A stretch of DNA of 64,000 nt, taken from assembly GCA_019058275.1 (NCBI GenBank), contig JAHLVW010000053.1, forward strand, positions 24,424 through 88,423, read 5' to 3'. The notes below the pieces were generated by a model, which worked only from the letters and a program-made list of their open reading frames with translations, had not been told where the DNA came from and ran no database searches. The translations under genes and the position numbers were made by a program. Shown in pieces: positions 47,652 through 56,984 of this stretch (position 1 is the first letter of the stretch; each line of letters opens with the position of its first letter). Source of the stretch: Candidatus Heimdallarchaeota archaeon. GTDB lineage: Archaea; Asgardarchaeota; Heimdallarchaeia; JABLTI01.

Positions 47652-49403
47652 CTAAATCTTTAAGGCAAATAATTTTCGATATTCGACTACTTTTCCAGTA
47701 TCATCGTCTCGAACTTCCATGATAGTTTCATTAGCAATTTGCTTAGCACTAGTATCCAAGTTTACTTGTTTTAATGCTTCCACCATTGGAGCTTTCTGTT
47801 CTCTAAGACGATTCCACATATTTTGTTGCTCAGCTAATTTTGCTTGTTCCTCTTTTATGTTATGAGCTATTAAATCTAATTTCTTGTCTTCTGCCAAAGT
47901 TTTTGCAGTAATGAGCAGCTCTACAGCTTTTTCAGCATCTAATTCAACTAACGCTAACTGTGATTTTAATCGATAAATGTTTATTATTAAATTGAACTGT
48001 TTCCTCTCTTCAGCAAATGATTGAATCTTTTCTATTTGTTTCTTTACTTCAGTCAATACTTCTTGATCTGCGGTTAATTGTAATTCCTTTAAGCGTATCT
48101 CAACTAAATGATAAAGAGCATCTATTTGAGAATCAATTGGGAGAGTTTCATCCTTTAGGAGTTTCTCTAATATTTCTACTGCATTAAGCCAATCTTGTAT
48201 ACGAGTACTTTCTTTTAAAAGAAGGACTTTAGCAAATTGGTATTTTCGAGTTACAGCTTCTAAACCTGTCTCCTTACTTAGCTTTTCAAGCTCCTTAAGA
48301 TATTCCTCAGTTTGAGGTATATTATTTAGTAAAATTGATGTAAAAATAAGACTATAAATAATACCTGGTCTGACCCTTTGTTCACCCATTGATTTGCTTT
48401 CTTCTAGAGCCATAATGTAATATTCTTGTGCTTTTTTAATTTCATTTTTCAATAGATAAATTTCACAAATATTAGTATAATATAAATAACGACCTTCTTC
48501 TGTTTCATCTAAGGCTAATACGTAATACTTTAAAGCTTCATCTAAATTAAAAGACCTATTATGAATTATTCCAAGGTGTAAATAAAAGACTCGAAGGAGA
48601 ATTCTTGTTCCAGTTTCTTTACAAAGTTCTATTGCTTTACAAAAATAATCTTTTGCTATATTATAATTTCCAAGTGTCATTTTTGCTGATGCAGCAGGAA
48701 AATAAACAAATACTTGAAATGTTTTCTTCTCAGAAAGATCTACTATTTTTAGAGTTTCATCAGCCAATTTATCAGCAAGAGCTTTTTGGTCTGTTTGAGA
48801 TAACATATAACTATACCATCCTTTTGCTAGAGTGATATAATCTTTATTCTCACTTTTTTCAGCACTTTCATAACCAGCTTTAAACAACTCAATAGCAGAA
48901 GCAATATCTCCAAGTTCATTTACCATAATACCCTTATTTATGAGAAAATAGGATTTTCTTTTAGAAATCTCTTTTAGGTCAACTTCTTTTGCAGCTTCAA
49001 TCATTCCCAAACCTTTTTCGATTGCTGCCATACACTCCTTATATTGTGCTGTATAAGTAAATGAGATAATTTGTTGCCAATAAGTGTCAAGTACTAGGAA
49101 GAGATTATCTAGTGACGCACTTTCTTTCAAAACCTTGCTTGTTAGTTTTAATGACTCATGGAACTTTGCAGTATAATTCAGAATTTCACTTTGATAGACA
49201 ATAATTCGTAGTTCCTGTTCTTTCGATAGATTGCCACTTTTAAGCAAGTCTTCTGCCTTTTTATCTGACTCTTTTAACTTTCCAAGCCAAATTTGAGATT
49301 CTAATTCTACTATCTGTTTCTCCAACTCTGTTGACAAAATAACTACCCATACAATAAATAAAGGTGATAGGATAAATCTTTTTCTCAAAAAAATAACTCG
49401 CAA
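47652..49403 (-). CDS. TPR-repeat protein with N-terminal TM helix and C-terminal coiled coil
   Basis: 583-aa ORF with N-terminal LSPLFIVWVVIL, repeated 34-residue A/Y/L-rich helical-hairpin pattern, and a coiled-coil tail. Confidence 0.65.
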   Translation of the reverse strand: MRVIFLRKRFILSPLFIVWVVILSTELEKQIVELESQIWLGKLKESDKKAEDLLKSGNLSKEQELRIIVYQSEILNYTAKFHESLKLTSKVLKESASLDNLFLVLDTYWQQIISFTYTAQYKECMAAIEKGLGMIEAAKEVDLKEISKRKSYFLINKGIMVNELGDIASAIELFKAGYESAEKSENKDYITLAKGWYSYMLSQTDQKALADKLADETLKIVDLSEKKTFQVFVYFPAASAKMTLGNYNIAKDYFCKAIELCKETGTRILLRVFYLHLGIIHNRSFNLDEALKYYVLALDETEEGRYLYYTNICEIYLLKNEIKKAQEYYIMALEESKSMGEQRVRPGIIYSLIFTSILLNNIPQTEEYLKELEKLSKETGLEAVTRKYQFAKVLLLKESTRIQDWLNAVEILEKLLKDETLPIDSQIDALYHLVEIRLKELQLTADQEVLTEVKKQIEKIQSFAEERKQFNLIINIYRLKSQLALVELDAEKAVELLITAKTLAEDKKLDLIAHNIKEEQAKLAEQQNMWNRLREQKAPMVEALKQVNLDTSAKQIANETIMEVRDDDTGKVVEYRKLFALKI

Positions 49404-49429
49404 GATTTATCCATTTTTGATAATAGAAA

Positions 49430-50395
49430 TCAACTATTTTTCAAAGTTTCTTCAATTTTTTCGAGGATTTCTCTGCTTAAAGTAACTTCACTTGCTTGAG
49501 CATTAGAAATAACATGCTCTGGTTTGGATGCACCCATTAAAGAAGAGCTTACTTCAGGCAATCTTAGAGTCCATGCTATTGCCATTTGACTTATTGGTAT
49601 CTCTAATTCCTTAGCAATTGGAAATAATTTGTTCACTCTATTTCGATATTTTTCCATTACTTCATCAGTGTAGTCATCATTTCTACTTGCTCAAGATCCC
49701 TTTGATTTTCCTTTAAGATATTTATCTGTTATTAATCCAGTTGCTAATGCTTCAAAGGTTACTAATCCTAGTCCATGATATTTAGCTACTTCTAGTAAAT
49801 CCTCTTCTATGAATCTTGCATACATATGATATGGTGGTTGCTCCGCATGTGGTGGATGTGCACCAAGATTTTTAGCTATCCAAATTGCTCTTTCCACCAT
49901 TGTTGGTGACCACCAGCTTGTTCCCCAATGATGAATTGTTCCTTCTTCAATCAAGTCACTCATTGTTAGCACGGTTTCTTCAAGAGGAGTAGTTCGATCT
50001 GGTCTATGACAATAATAAATGTCAATATAATCCGTTTGCAACAATCTAAGTGATCGTTTGACTGCTTCATGAATATGCTTTCGACTTAATCCTCCACTGT
50101 TAGGGCTTTTCCTCATCTTGTAGAAAACTTTTGTACTAATAACGAGATCATCACGACTTTGTCCTTGTAGGAATTCACCTAGATATTCTTCTGCTGGTGT
50201 TCGTTCTTCCATTGGAAGTTCTGAGTCAAAGATTCCATATCTATCTGCGCAATCTATGTAGTTAATTCCTTGATTTAATGCTTCTTCCAAAACACTGAAG
50301 GATGTTTTCTTGCTGAAATACGATCCATGATACATTGTTCCAATACTTATTTCTGAAACCTTTAATCCTTGTTTTCCTAAATTACGATACTTCAT
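49430..50395 (-). pseudogene. Aldo/keto reductase (AKR-B) with in-frame TGA
   Basis: MKYRNLGKQGLKVSEISIGTM...DIYYCHRPD...; one frame throughout with TGA at 49691-49693 (KGKSKGS*ASRNDD). The ATG at 50395 follows GGTGAGGAG. The track's 21-codon N-terminal extension overlaps the upstream gene. Confidence 0.7.
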
Positions 50396-50405
50396 TTTAC
50401 ACTCC

Positions 50406-51389
50406 TCACCTATAACTTGATCTTGGTTTGTTTTGCAGAACCTCTTCGACTTTCTCAAAAGTTTCCTGAGAGAATTCTATTCCACTTGCTCCAGCATTCG
50501 ATTTCACATGTTCTGGTTTTGATGCACCAATAATAATTGAGCTAATTTCTGGTTTCTGAAGTGTCCAAGCAATTGCGAATTGATTCAATGGTATTTCTAT
50601 GGATTCAACCAAAGGCACTAATTCAGAAACTTTATCTCCAAACTGTTCAAGCATTCCAGCTTGGTAATTACTTACAGCAGCTCGACTGGTTTTCGGAACC
50701 TTCTAGAGATATTTTCCAGTAAACACACCACCAGCAAGTGGTTGATAAGCAATTAATCCTAAACCATGATAAGTTGCTAGTTCTAAAATATCAACCTCAA
50801 TGGATCTTTCTAATAAATGATACTTTGGTTGTTCAACATGAGGAGGATACATCCCAAGATTTTTCGAAAGACCAATCACTCGTTCAATAAGTGTTGCTGG
50901 CCAACGACTTGTTCCCCAGTAATGAATTAATCCTTCATCGATTAGATTAGTCATTACAGAGATGGTTTCCTCTAATGGAGTTGATGGATCCGGTCGATGA
51001 CAATAATAAATATCAAGATAATCCGTTTGCAAATGGTTCAATGAGTCTTCTATTCCTTCTCTAATGTGTTTCCTACTTAATCCTCCACTATTCACACTTT
51101 CTTGCATTTCAGTGTAAACTTTGCTACTAATAACAAAGTCTTCTCGAGTATATTCCTTTAGAAATTCTCCTACAATTGCTTCAGCTCTCACTCGCTTCTC
51201 ATTATCCATCTTTGTATCATCGATTATACCATACAAATCAGCATTATCAATATGGTTTATTCCTTGATTATGCGCTTCTTCCAAACACTTCAAAGCATTT
51301 TCTTTCTTTACTTTTGATCCATGGTACATTGTTCCTATGCTTATCTCTGAAACTTTCACACCATGTTTTCCAACATTTCTATATTTCAT
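50406..51389 (-). pseudogene. Aldo/keto reductase (AKR-A) with in-frame TAG
   Basis: MKYRNVGKHGVKVSEISIGTM...DIYYCHRPD...; one frame throughout with TAG at 50703-50705 (FTGKYL*KVPKTSRAA). Confidence 0.7.
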
Positions 51390-51404
51390 CTAATTCCTCC
51401 TATT

Positions 51405-52418
51405 TCAATATGCTTTGCTCATATCCATACTCAATTCTGAAAAAATCTTGTCAATTTGCTTTACTAGTTTATTTGATAGTGGTCCTAATTCCATTGCCTT
51501 CGCATTGTCCTCTACTTGTTTCACATTCTTAAATCCTGGAATTGGAACTATATGTTCATGTTTTGCTAAAATGTAATCCAGTGCAGCTTGTGCTAATGAT
51601 CTTCCATCACTTGTCATTAATTCCTTAATAGCATTCATTGCTTCGAATGTCTTCTTATATCTTTCATCACTAAAGTTCACTCTTTGTAAATAATGATCCT
51701 TTGATGATTGACTCTTTTCGTTATACTTCCCAATTAAAATACCCATACCAAGTGGTGATCTAATTAATCCACCAATTTTGTGCTCATCTAACAATTCTAA
51801 CATTGGAGTGTTTGAACGAGTGAAGTTAATGGAAAATTGCATTGAGGAACAATTTTTACTATCAGCAAAATTCTTTGCACGTTCAGTTGAATCTGTACTC
51901 CAACCATAGGTACGAATTAGCCCCTCTTCAACTAAATCTTCTAAAACATCTCGTACTCCAGCAGCTTCTTCAATTTTCATTGATGACCAGTGTAGTTGGT
52001 AAATGTCAATGTAATCTGTTTGTAATCTCTCGAGACTTTCTAAACAACAATTCTTGATATATTCAGGAGTAATGTTCTTCTCTCCTGTTGATTGGCAAGG
52101 TACTTTTGGATCACCGGAATTCATATCCCAAACTGAGCTGAATTTTGTAGCAATGACAACCTCATCCCTTCTTTCTTTTATTGCTTTGCCAAGTAGCAAT
52201 TCACTTCTACCACATCCGTAAACATCTGATGTATCAAAGAGATTGATTCCTAAATCCAATCCTTTTTGAATTGCTTCAATTGCATCTTTTTCATCAACAT
52301 GACCATGTGACCAAGGTTCTCCTATGTGGTAAAATAATCCACCAATAGGGAAACAGCCCAATCCTATAGCACTTACTTTAATGTTTGATTTACCTAAATT
52401 TCGAATCATCTTCATCAC
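51405..52418 (-). CDS. Aldo/keto reductase (AKR-C), intact
   Basis: IRNLGKSNIKVSAIGLGCF, LFDTSDVYG, YIDIYQLHW and IPIPGFKNVKQVEDN. The start region overlaps the stop of the upstream AKR. Confidence 0.9.
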   Translation of the reverse strand: MMKMIRNLGKSNIKVSAIGLGCFPIGGLFYHIGEPWSHGHVDEKDAIEAIQKGLDLGINLFDTSDVYGCGRSELLLGKAIKERRDEVVIATKFSSVWDMNSGDPKVPCQSTGEKNITPEYIKNCCLESLERLQTDYIDIYQLHWSSMKIEEAAGVRDVLEDLVEEGLIRTYGWSTDSTERAKNFADSKNCSSMQFSINFTRSNTPMLELLDEHKIGGLIRSPLGMGILIGKYNEKSQSSKDHYLQRVNFSDERYKKTFEAMNAIKELMTSDGRSLAQAALDYILAKHEHIVPIPGFKNVKQVEDNAKAMELGPLSNKLVKQIDKIFSELSMDMSKAY

Positions 52419-53449
52419 TCCTTTACTTGAGATTGATCAATTTGAATCTCAGAAAATAACTTGTCAATCTGACTGACGAGTTTATTTGATAATGGACCTA
52501 ACTCAATAGCTTTAGAGTTTTCTTCAGCTTGTTTCACTGTTTTAAAACCAGGAATTGGAATTAATCTATCATGTTTTGCAAGAATATAACCTAGTGAAGC
52601 TTGAACTAGTGTTCTACCATCATTAACTAGAAGCTCTCGCAATTCTTCTAAAACTATTCTTGTTTGCCCAATTCTACCTTCTGTAAAATCTTTCCCATGC
52701 CAATTGTGATCTCGAGGTACAGTTGAATCATCTTTGTATTTCCCAGTTAGTAATCCTCCGCTTAGAGGATTTTTTATTAGACCAAAACCGTTGTTTTCAT
52801 CAAGGGATTTAAACATCTCATTATTGCTATGAATCATGTTTAATCGAAACTGTGCTCCAGCAAAATGCTTGCCATGAGCAAGTAATGCACTTCGATCAGG
52901 AAAATCTGTGCTCCATCCATAGTATCTTATCTTTCCTTCACTTACAAGTTCCTCCAATGTATCAACAACTACTACTCCTTCTTCTGGAGTCATATTTCCT
53001 GAATGAACTTGATAGAAATCAATATAGTTAGTTTGGAGATTCTCTAAGCTGATATCACAAGCTTTTCGAATACCTTCTGGAGTAATATCCCTACCAATTA
53101 ATCGCATAGGAACATCAGAATCACCAGAGTTGAAATCCCAAACGGTTCCAAATTTAGTAGCAATTACAAAATCCTCTCTTCTTCCTTTCAAAACTTTTTC
53201 AAGAACTTTCTCGCTTCTTCCGCCACCATAAGCGTTGGCAGTATCAAATAGATTAACACCTAATTCTATTCCACGTTCTAAGGCTTGTATAGATTCTTCA
53301 TCTTTAACTTGACCATATGATATAATACGACCACCACTATGATAAAATGGTCCTCCAATTACCCAACAACCCATACCAATCGAACTAACCTTCAAATTTG
53401 TTTTTCCTAGTATTCTTGTTTTCATTTCTATCCCATCTTTATTGTTCAA
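52415..53449 (-). CDS. Aldo/keto reductase (AKR-D), intact
   Basis: MKTRILGKTNLKVSSIGMGCW, LFDTANAYGGG, YIDFYQVH and IPIPGFKTVKQAEEN. The track starts at TTG 53449; ATG 53425 (MKTRILGK) is more likely. Confidence 0.9.
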   Translation of the reverse strand: MNNKDGIEMKTRILGKTNLKVSSIGMGCWVIGGPFYHSGGRIISYGQVKDEESIQALERGIELGVNLFDTANAYGGGRSEKVLEKVLKGRREDFVIATKFGTVWDFNSGDSDVPMRLIGRDITPEGIRKACDISLENLQTNYIDFYQVHSGNMTPEEGVVVVDTLEELVSEGKIRYYGWSTDFPDRSALLAHGKHFAGAQFRLNMIHSNNEMFKSLDENNGFGLIKNPLSGGLLTGKYKDDSTVPRDHNWHGKDFTEGRIGQTRIVLEELRELLVNDGRTLVQASLGYILAKHDRLIPIPGFKTVKQAEENSKAIELGPLSNKLVSQIDKLFSEIQIDQSQVKE

Positions 53450-53514
53450 AGTGAATTTGAACTATTCAAATATTAATTGAACGGTACCGTTCAAGTAACT
53501 ATTGAATGGTCGAA
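53444..53514. promoter_or_regulatory. Array of TTGAAC/GTTCAA palindromic half-sites in the divergent AKR/regulator promoter
   Basis: GTTCAAA-N5-TTTGAAC (53444-53462), TTGAACTATTCAA (53457-53469), the perfect 18-bp palindrome TTGAACGGTACCGTTCAA (53477-53494), and TTGAATGGTCGAA (53502-53514). Confidence 0.6.
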
Positions 53515-53566
53515 ACATATATATTTCGGTTAGGATTCTAAAAGTAGAAATGAAGAAGGTGTATCC

Positions 53567-54253
53567 ATGAGCAAGAAAAGCAGTAAAAAAGAGCTTGAGA
53601 AAAAGGAACTACTATACAGCTATTGGAATAAATTACCTTTAGTAGTAAGTATTGATATTCCATATGATGAAGTTTTTACACATGAAGTTCGAAATTTAAT
53701 TATTTATTTCATAAGAAAAGGCAAGGAAGAAAAATGGTTTGAGGGGACGAAAAGAATAAGGCACGCTTTTTCAGCCAAAGAACTATTGGAAATGTCTAAC
53801 AAAAAGCTCGATGAAAAAATGAAATTACAAAGTATGTATTTTCATATACAAAAATTGCAGGAATTTGGCATAATTGATGCTGTTACTACATTACATAAAG
53901 GCAGACACAACATTGCTTATTTTGGTCGTACAGCTCGTGGATTTATATTTGAAAGTAAAAAAGAGAAATCAAAATATATTGACTATTTTGCTGAAGCAGG
54001 TAGATATGCAAAGGCATTAAATCCAGATGTTTCAGAAGCACAGTTCAAAGCATTTCTTGAAGAGTTTAAGTCAATTAACATTGAATCTGACAGAGATACA
54101 ATTCAATGGTTGCAAGAAAGAGTAGATTTCATTAATGAAAATAATATTGATACTGCTACAATGTATAGCTTCCTTCGTAGAATTAATTATCAAAATCGCA
54201 AAATGACTACTTTATTGAAGAAAGTAGCTGATTTAATAAGTTATGACATCTAG
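53567..54253 (+). CDS. Winged-helix (ArsR-like) putative transcriptional regulator
   Basis: HEVRNLIIYFI...SAKELLEMS...QSMYFHIQKLQEFGIIDAV...IAYFGRTA resembles a wHTH recognition helix plus wing. It is divergent from the AKR array. Confidence 0.55.
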   Translation: MSKKSSKKELEKKELLYSYWNKLPLVVSIDIPYDEVFTHEVRNLIIYFIRKGKEEKWFEGTKRIRHAFSAKELLEMSNKKLDEKMKLQSMYFHIQKLQEFGIIDAVTTLHKGRHNIAYFGRTARGFIFESKKEKSKYIDYFAEAGRYAKALNPDVSEAQFKAFLEEFKSINIESDRDTIQWLQERVDFINENNIDTATMYSFLRRINYQNRKMTTLLKKVADLISYDI

Positions 54254-54332
54254 TCAATCATTATAGTTACTTTTAAAAAAAAGATACTCAATTTATGTAC
54301 GGATTAAACTATTTCTTTTAGGAATGTAAAAA

Positions 54333-55817
54333 ATGAAGTTTGGAAAAATAACTCCGGAGATAATTCAGGAGCTAAAAGATGCTGTAGGCAAGGATATTGT
54401 CTTCGATGAAAAGATCCATCGAATGGCTTATTCACGAGATTGGTCTCCTCGAGATGATTCAAATACTCATTTGCCTGATCTCGTTGTAAGACCGAGAACA
54501 ACAGAGCAAGCAGCAAAAATAGTTGAGATTGCTAATAAACATCGAATCCCAGTGACACCAATTGGTGGTTTAACTGGAATGGGTGGCGGAGCAGTACCGA
54601 TTTATGGTGGAATAGCTTTTGAAACAAAAGGCATGAACAAAGTCATTGAAATTGATGTTGCCAATATGACTGCAACTGTTCAAGCAGGAATTACCCTTTG
54701 GGACCTGAATCATGAAGCTAAGAAACATGGTCTTTATTTACCTCAAGAGCCTGAAAGCAAAAAAGTAGTTACAATTGGATCTTCAATTACCTGCAATAAT
54801 GATTCTGCTTTTGGTATAAGACATGGACGAATGATAGACCATTTAACAAATGCTGTTATTATTACTGGTGAAGGGAAAATTGTTCGTGCTGGTCGCAGAA
54901 AAGCCATGTGCTCTAATTCTGGTTACCAATTGAATTGGTTACTAGTTGGTTCTGAAGGGACATTAGGGATTATTGTTGAAGCAACAGTTAAGCTAATTCC
55001 AGTTCAAAAGACTCGTATGGTTGATATGATCGTTTTTCCATCATTAACTGATTCTATGAATGCTATAAGAGACATTATGCATTCTGGTTTAGCCTTAGAA
55101 TCTGCACACATTAATTGTAAAAAGCGTCTTAGTTTTTACACTCATTCATATCGAAAAAAACATGGCAAGGAACCAGATATTCCTGAATGGGCAGAAGCAC
55201 TACTAGGTATTTCATTTGCTAGTATGGAAGAAACAGATAAAGTAGTAAAATTCTCTCGAGACTATGCCTTGAAAATCTGTGCAAAACATAAAGGATTACC
55301 AGTCAAAGAAGTGGAAATTACAGATGGTTGGTGGGCTTCTAAATACACAGTTATCTTCACACCCTTCAAGCAAAAATGGCCTGATTCACAAAGGGAGAAG
55401 AAATTTGGAGCGGTTGATTGTGGGATACCAATTGGTAGGATAGAAGAGGCATATGATGCATTCCTTAAAACCGCTGATAAATATAATCAGCAAATTCTTG
55501 GTATGTGCGTCTATCATGAAAGACCAAATAGATTGAGTCCAAGTATTAGTTTTGCAGTATTCGTTGATGATAAAGATCCTGAAAATGTTCAAGGATTTTA
55601 CAAGTATGTCAGAGAAATGAGTGAAACAGCAATTAAACTTGAAGGAACATCAGCAACCTACATTGGAGATTCAGAATTCAAAACACCTTGGATCGGTGAA
55701 CTTGAACACCAAGAAGCCTATGACTATATGTTCAATATAAAGAAAGTATTCGATCCCAATGGTATCATGAATCCTGGTAAGAAATTCCCAATCAAAATGT
55801 TTGGGTATGATGAGTGA
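54333..55817 (+). CDS. FAD-linked oxidase (GlcD/D-lactate dehydrogenase-like)
   Basis: FAD_binding_4 pattern VVRPRTTEQAAKIVEIANKHRIPVTPIGGLTGMGGGAVP, and a C-terminal FDPNGIMNPGK. Confidence 0.9.
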   Translation: MKFGKITPEIIQELKDAVGKDIVFDEKIHRMAYSRDWSPRDDSNTHLPDLVVRPRTTEQAAKIVEIANKHRIPVTPIGGLTGMGGGAVPIYGGIAFETKGMNKVIEIDVANMTATVQAGITLWDLNHEAKKHGLYLPQEPESKKVVTIGSSITCNNDSAFGIRHGRMIDHLTNAVIITGEGKIVRAGRRKAMCSNSGYQLNWLLVGSEGTLGIIVEATVKLIPVQKTRMVDMIVFPSLTDSMNAIRDIMHSGLALESAHINCKKRLSFYTHSYRKKHGKEPDIPEWAEALLGISFASMEETDKVVKFSRDYALKICAKHKGLPVKEVEITDGWWASKYTVIFTPFKQKWPDSQREKKFGAVDCGIPIGRIEEAYDAFLKTADKYNQQILGMCVYHERPNRLSPSISFAVFVDDKDPENVQGFYKYVREMSETAIKLEGTSATYIGDSEFKTPWIGELEHQEAYDYMFNIKKVFDPNGIMNPGKKFPIKMFGYDE

Positions 55818-56982
55818 ATTGAAAATGGAATTATCTAAAACTAAGAAACACAAAGATGAGATTTATACTTGCAATAGAACACGCTGTGGTTTCTGCATCC
55901 AGAGATGTCCTGTTTACGAAGTTACATGTTTAGAAACCCACTCCTCCAGAGGAAGAAATCTGGTTGCTCGAGGAATAATGGAAGGAACTGTAGAAGTTGA
56001 CAAAGAAGTAATAGATTTAGCTAATACTTGTTTACTCTGTGGTTACTGCGAAAAGAACTGCGCTCTTGATAACACTCAAATTTTCCGAGATTTCAAATCA
56101 GATCTAGTAGAAGCAGGTATGACAGATAAATATCTCGAAGAAGGAGTTGAATCAGTTAATAAGTATGGTAATCCTTTTAAAAAGCTTCCAGAGACTCGAG
56201 AGATTCCAGAGCTAAAATCCAATCCTAAAAGTAAAGTTTTGCTCTATGGTGGTTGTACTTATGCCATCACCCATAAAGAGACTTTGATACTCATGGCAGA
56301 ATTGCTAGGTGATTATAAGTATCTTGGCAAAGATGAACCTTGTTGCTTAAACATTCTTTGGGATTCCGGTCACAAGAAGGATTTCAAGAAGAAACAAAAA
56401 GAGGTTGTCAAAATTCTCAATGATGCCAATGTAGATGAACTTGTTACTGGCTGTCCGACTTGCTTTAGAACTTACGAAGAAGAATATGGTGAGATTCTCA
56501 AGCCAAAACCAATACATTTTGTTACTAAACTTCATCAAATGGTTAAAGATGGCAAATTAAAATTCGCAAGTAAAGAAAAAGTCAAAGTGACATGGCATGA
56601 TCCTTGTCATTTAGGCAGATTTGGTGGTATCATTGATGAACCACGAGAAATCATCAAAAGCGTAAAGAATGTTGAATTCGTTGAAATGCCTAATTCTGGT
56701 TTAGATAGTCACTGTTGTGGTGCAGGTTCTGGTATGCTTATGTCTTATCCAGAAATTGCTATTGAAATCTCTAAGAAGAGATATCGAGAGGCAGAATCAG
56801 TTGGTGCAGAGATAATACTCACATTTTGTCCAACATGCGAGCATACACTCAGAAGAGGAGCAAGCACTATTGCACGAGATGAAATGGAATTTGATGACGA
56901 TTTTGATTTTGACAAAGAACCTGAACCCAAAATCAAAGTTATGAATCTCTTAGAATGGTTAGTAAAAAGGAAAGTAAAATAA
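55801..56982 (+). CDS. Fe-S subunit with two CCG domains (GlcF/HdrD-like)
   Basis: CGFCIQRCP and CLLCGYCEKNC ferredoxin-type motifs, plus CCG-type segments EPCCLN and HCCGAGSG. The TTG start overlaps the GlcD-like stop. Confidence 0.85.
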   Translation: MGMMSELKMELSKTKKHKDEIYTCNRTRCGFCIQRCPVYEVTCLETHSSRGRNLVARGIMEGTVEVDKEVIDLANTCLLCGYCEKNCALDNTQIFRDFKSDLVEAGMTDKYLEEGVESVNKYGNPFKKLPETREIPELKSNPKSKVLLYGGCTYAITHKETLILMAELLGDYKYLGKDEPCCLNILWDSGHKKDFKKKQKEVVKILNDANVDELVTGCPTCFRTYEEEYGEILKPKPIHFVTKLHQMVKDGKLKFASKEKVKVTWHDPCHLGRFGGIIDEPREIIKSVKNVEFVEMPNSGLDSHCCGAGSGMLMSYPEIAIEISKKRYREAESVGAEIILTFCPTCEHTLRRGASTIARDEMEFDDDFDFDKEPEPKIKVMNLLEWLVKRKVK

Positions 56983-56984
56983 TT

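Noticed and set aside
50396-50458. N-terminal 21-codon extension of AKR-B in the ORF track (MRKSKRFCKTNQDQVIGEECK)
   Set aside because: It overlaps the 3' end of AKR-A. The paralogues all start at MKYRN/MKTRI, and a GGTGAGGAG SD precedes ATG 50395.
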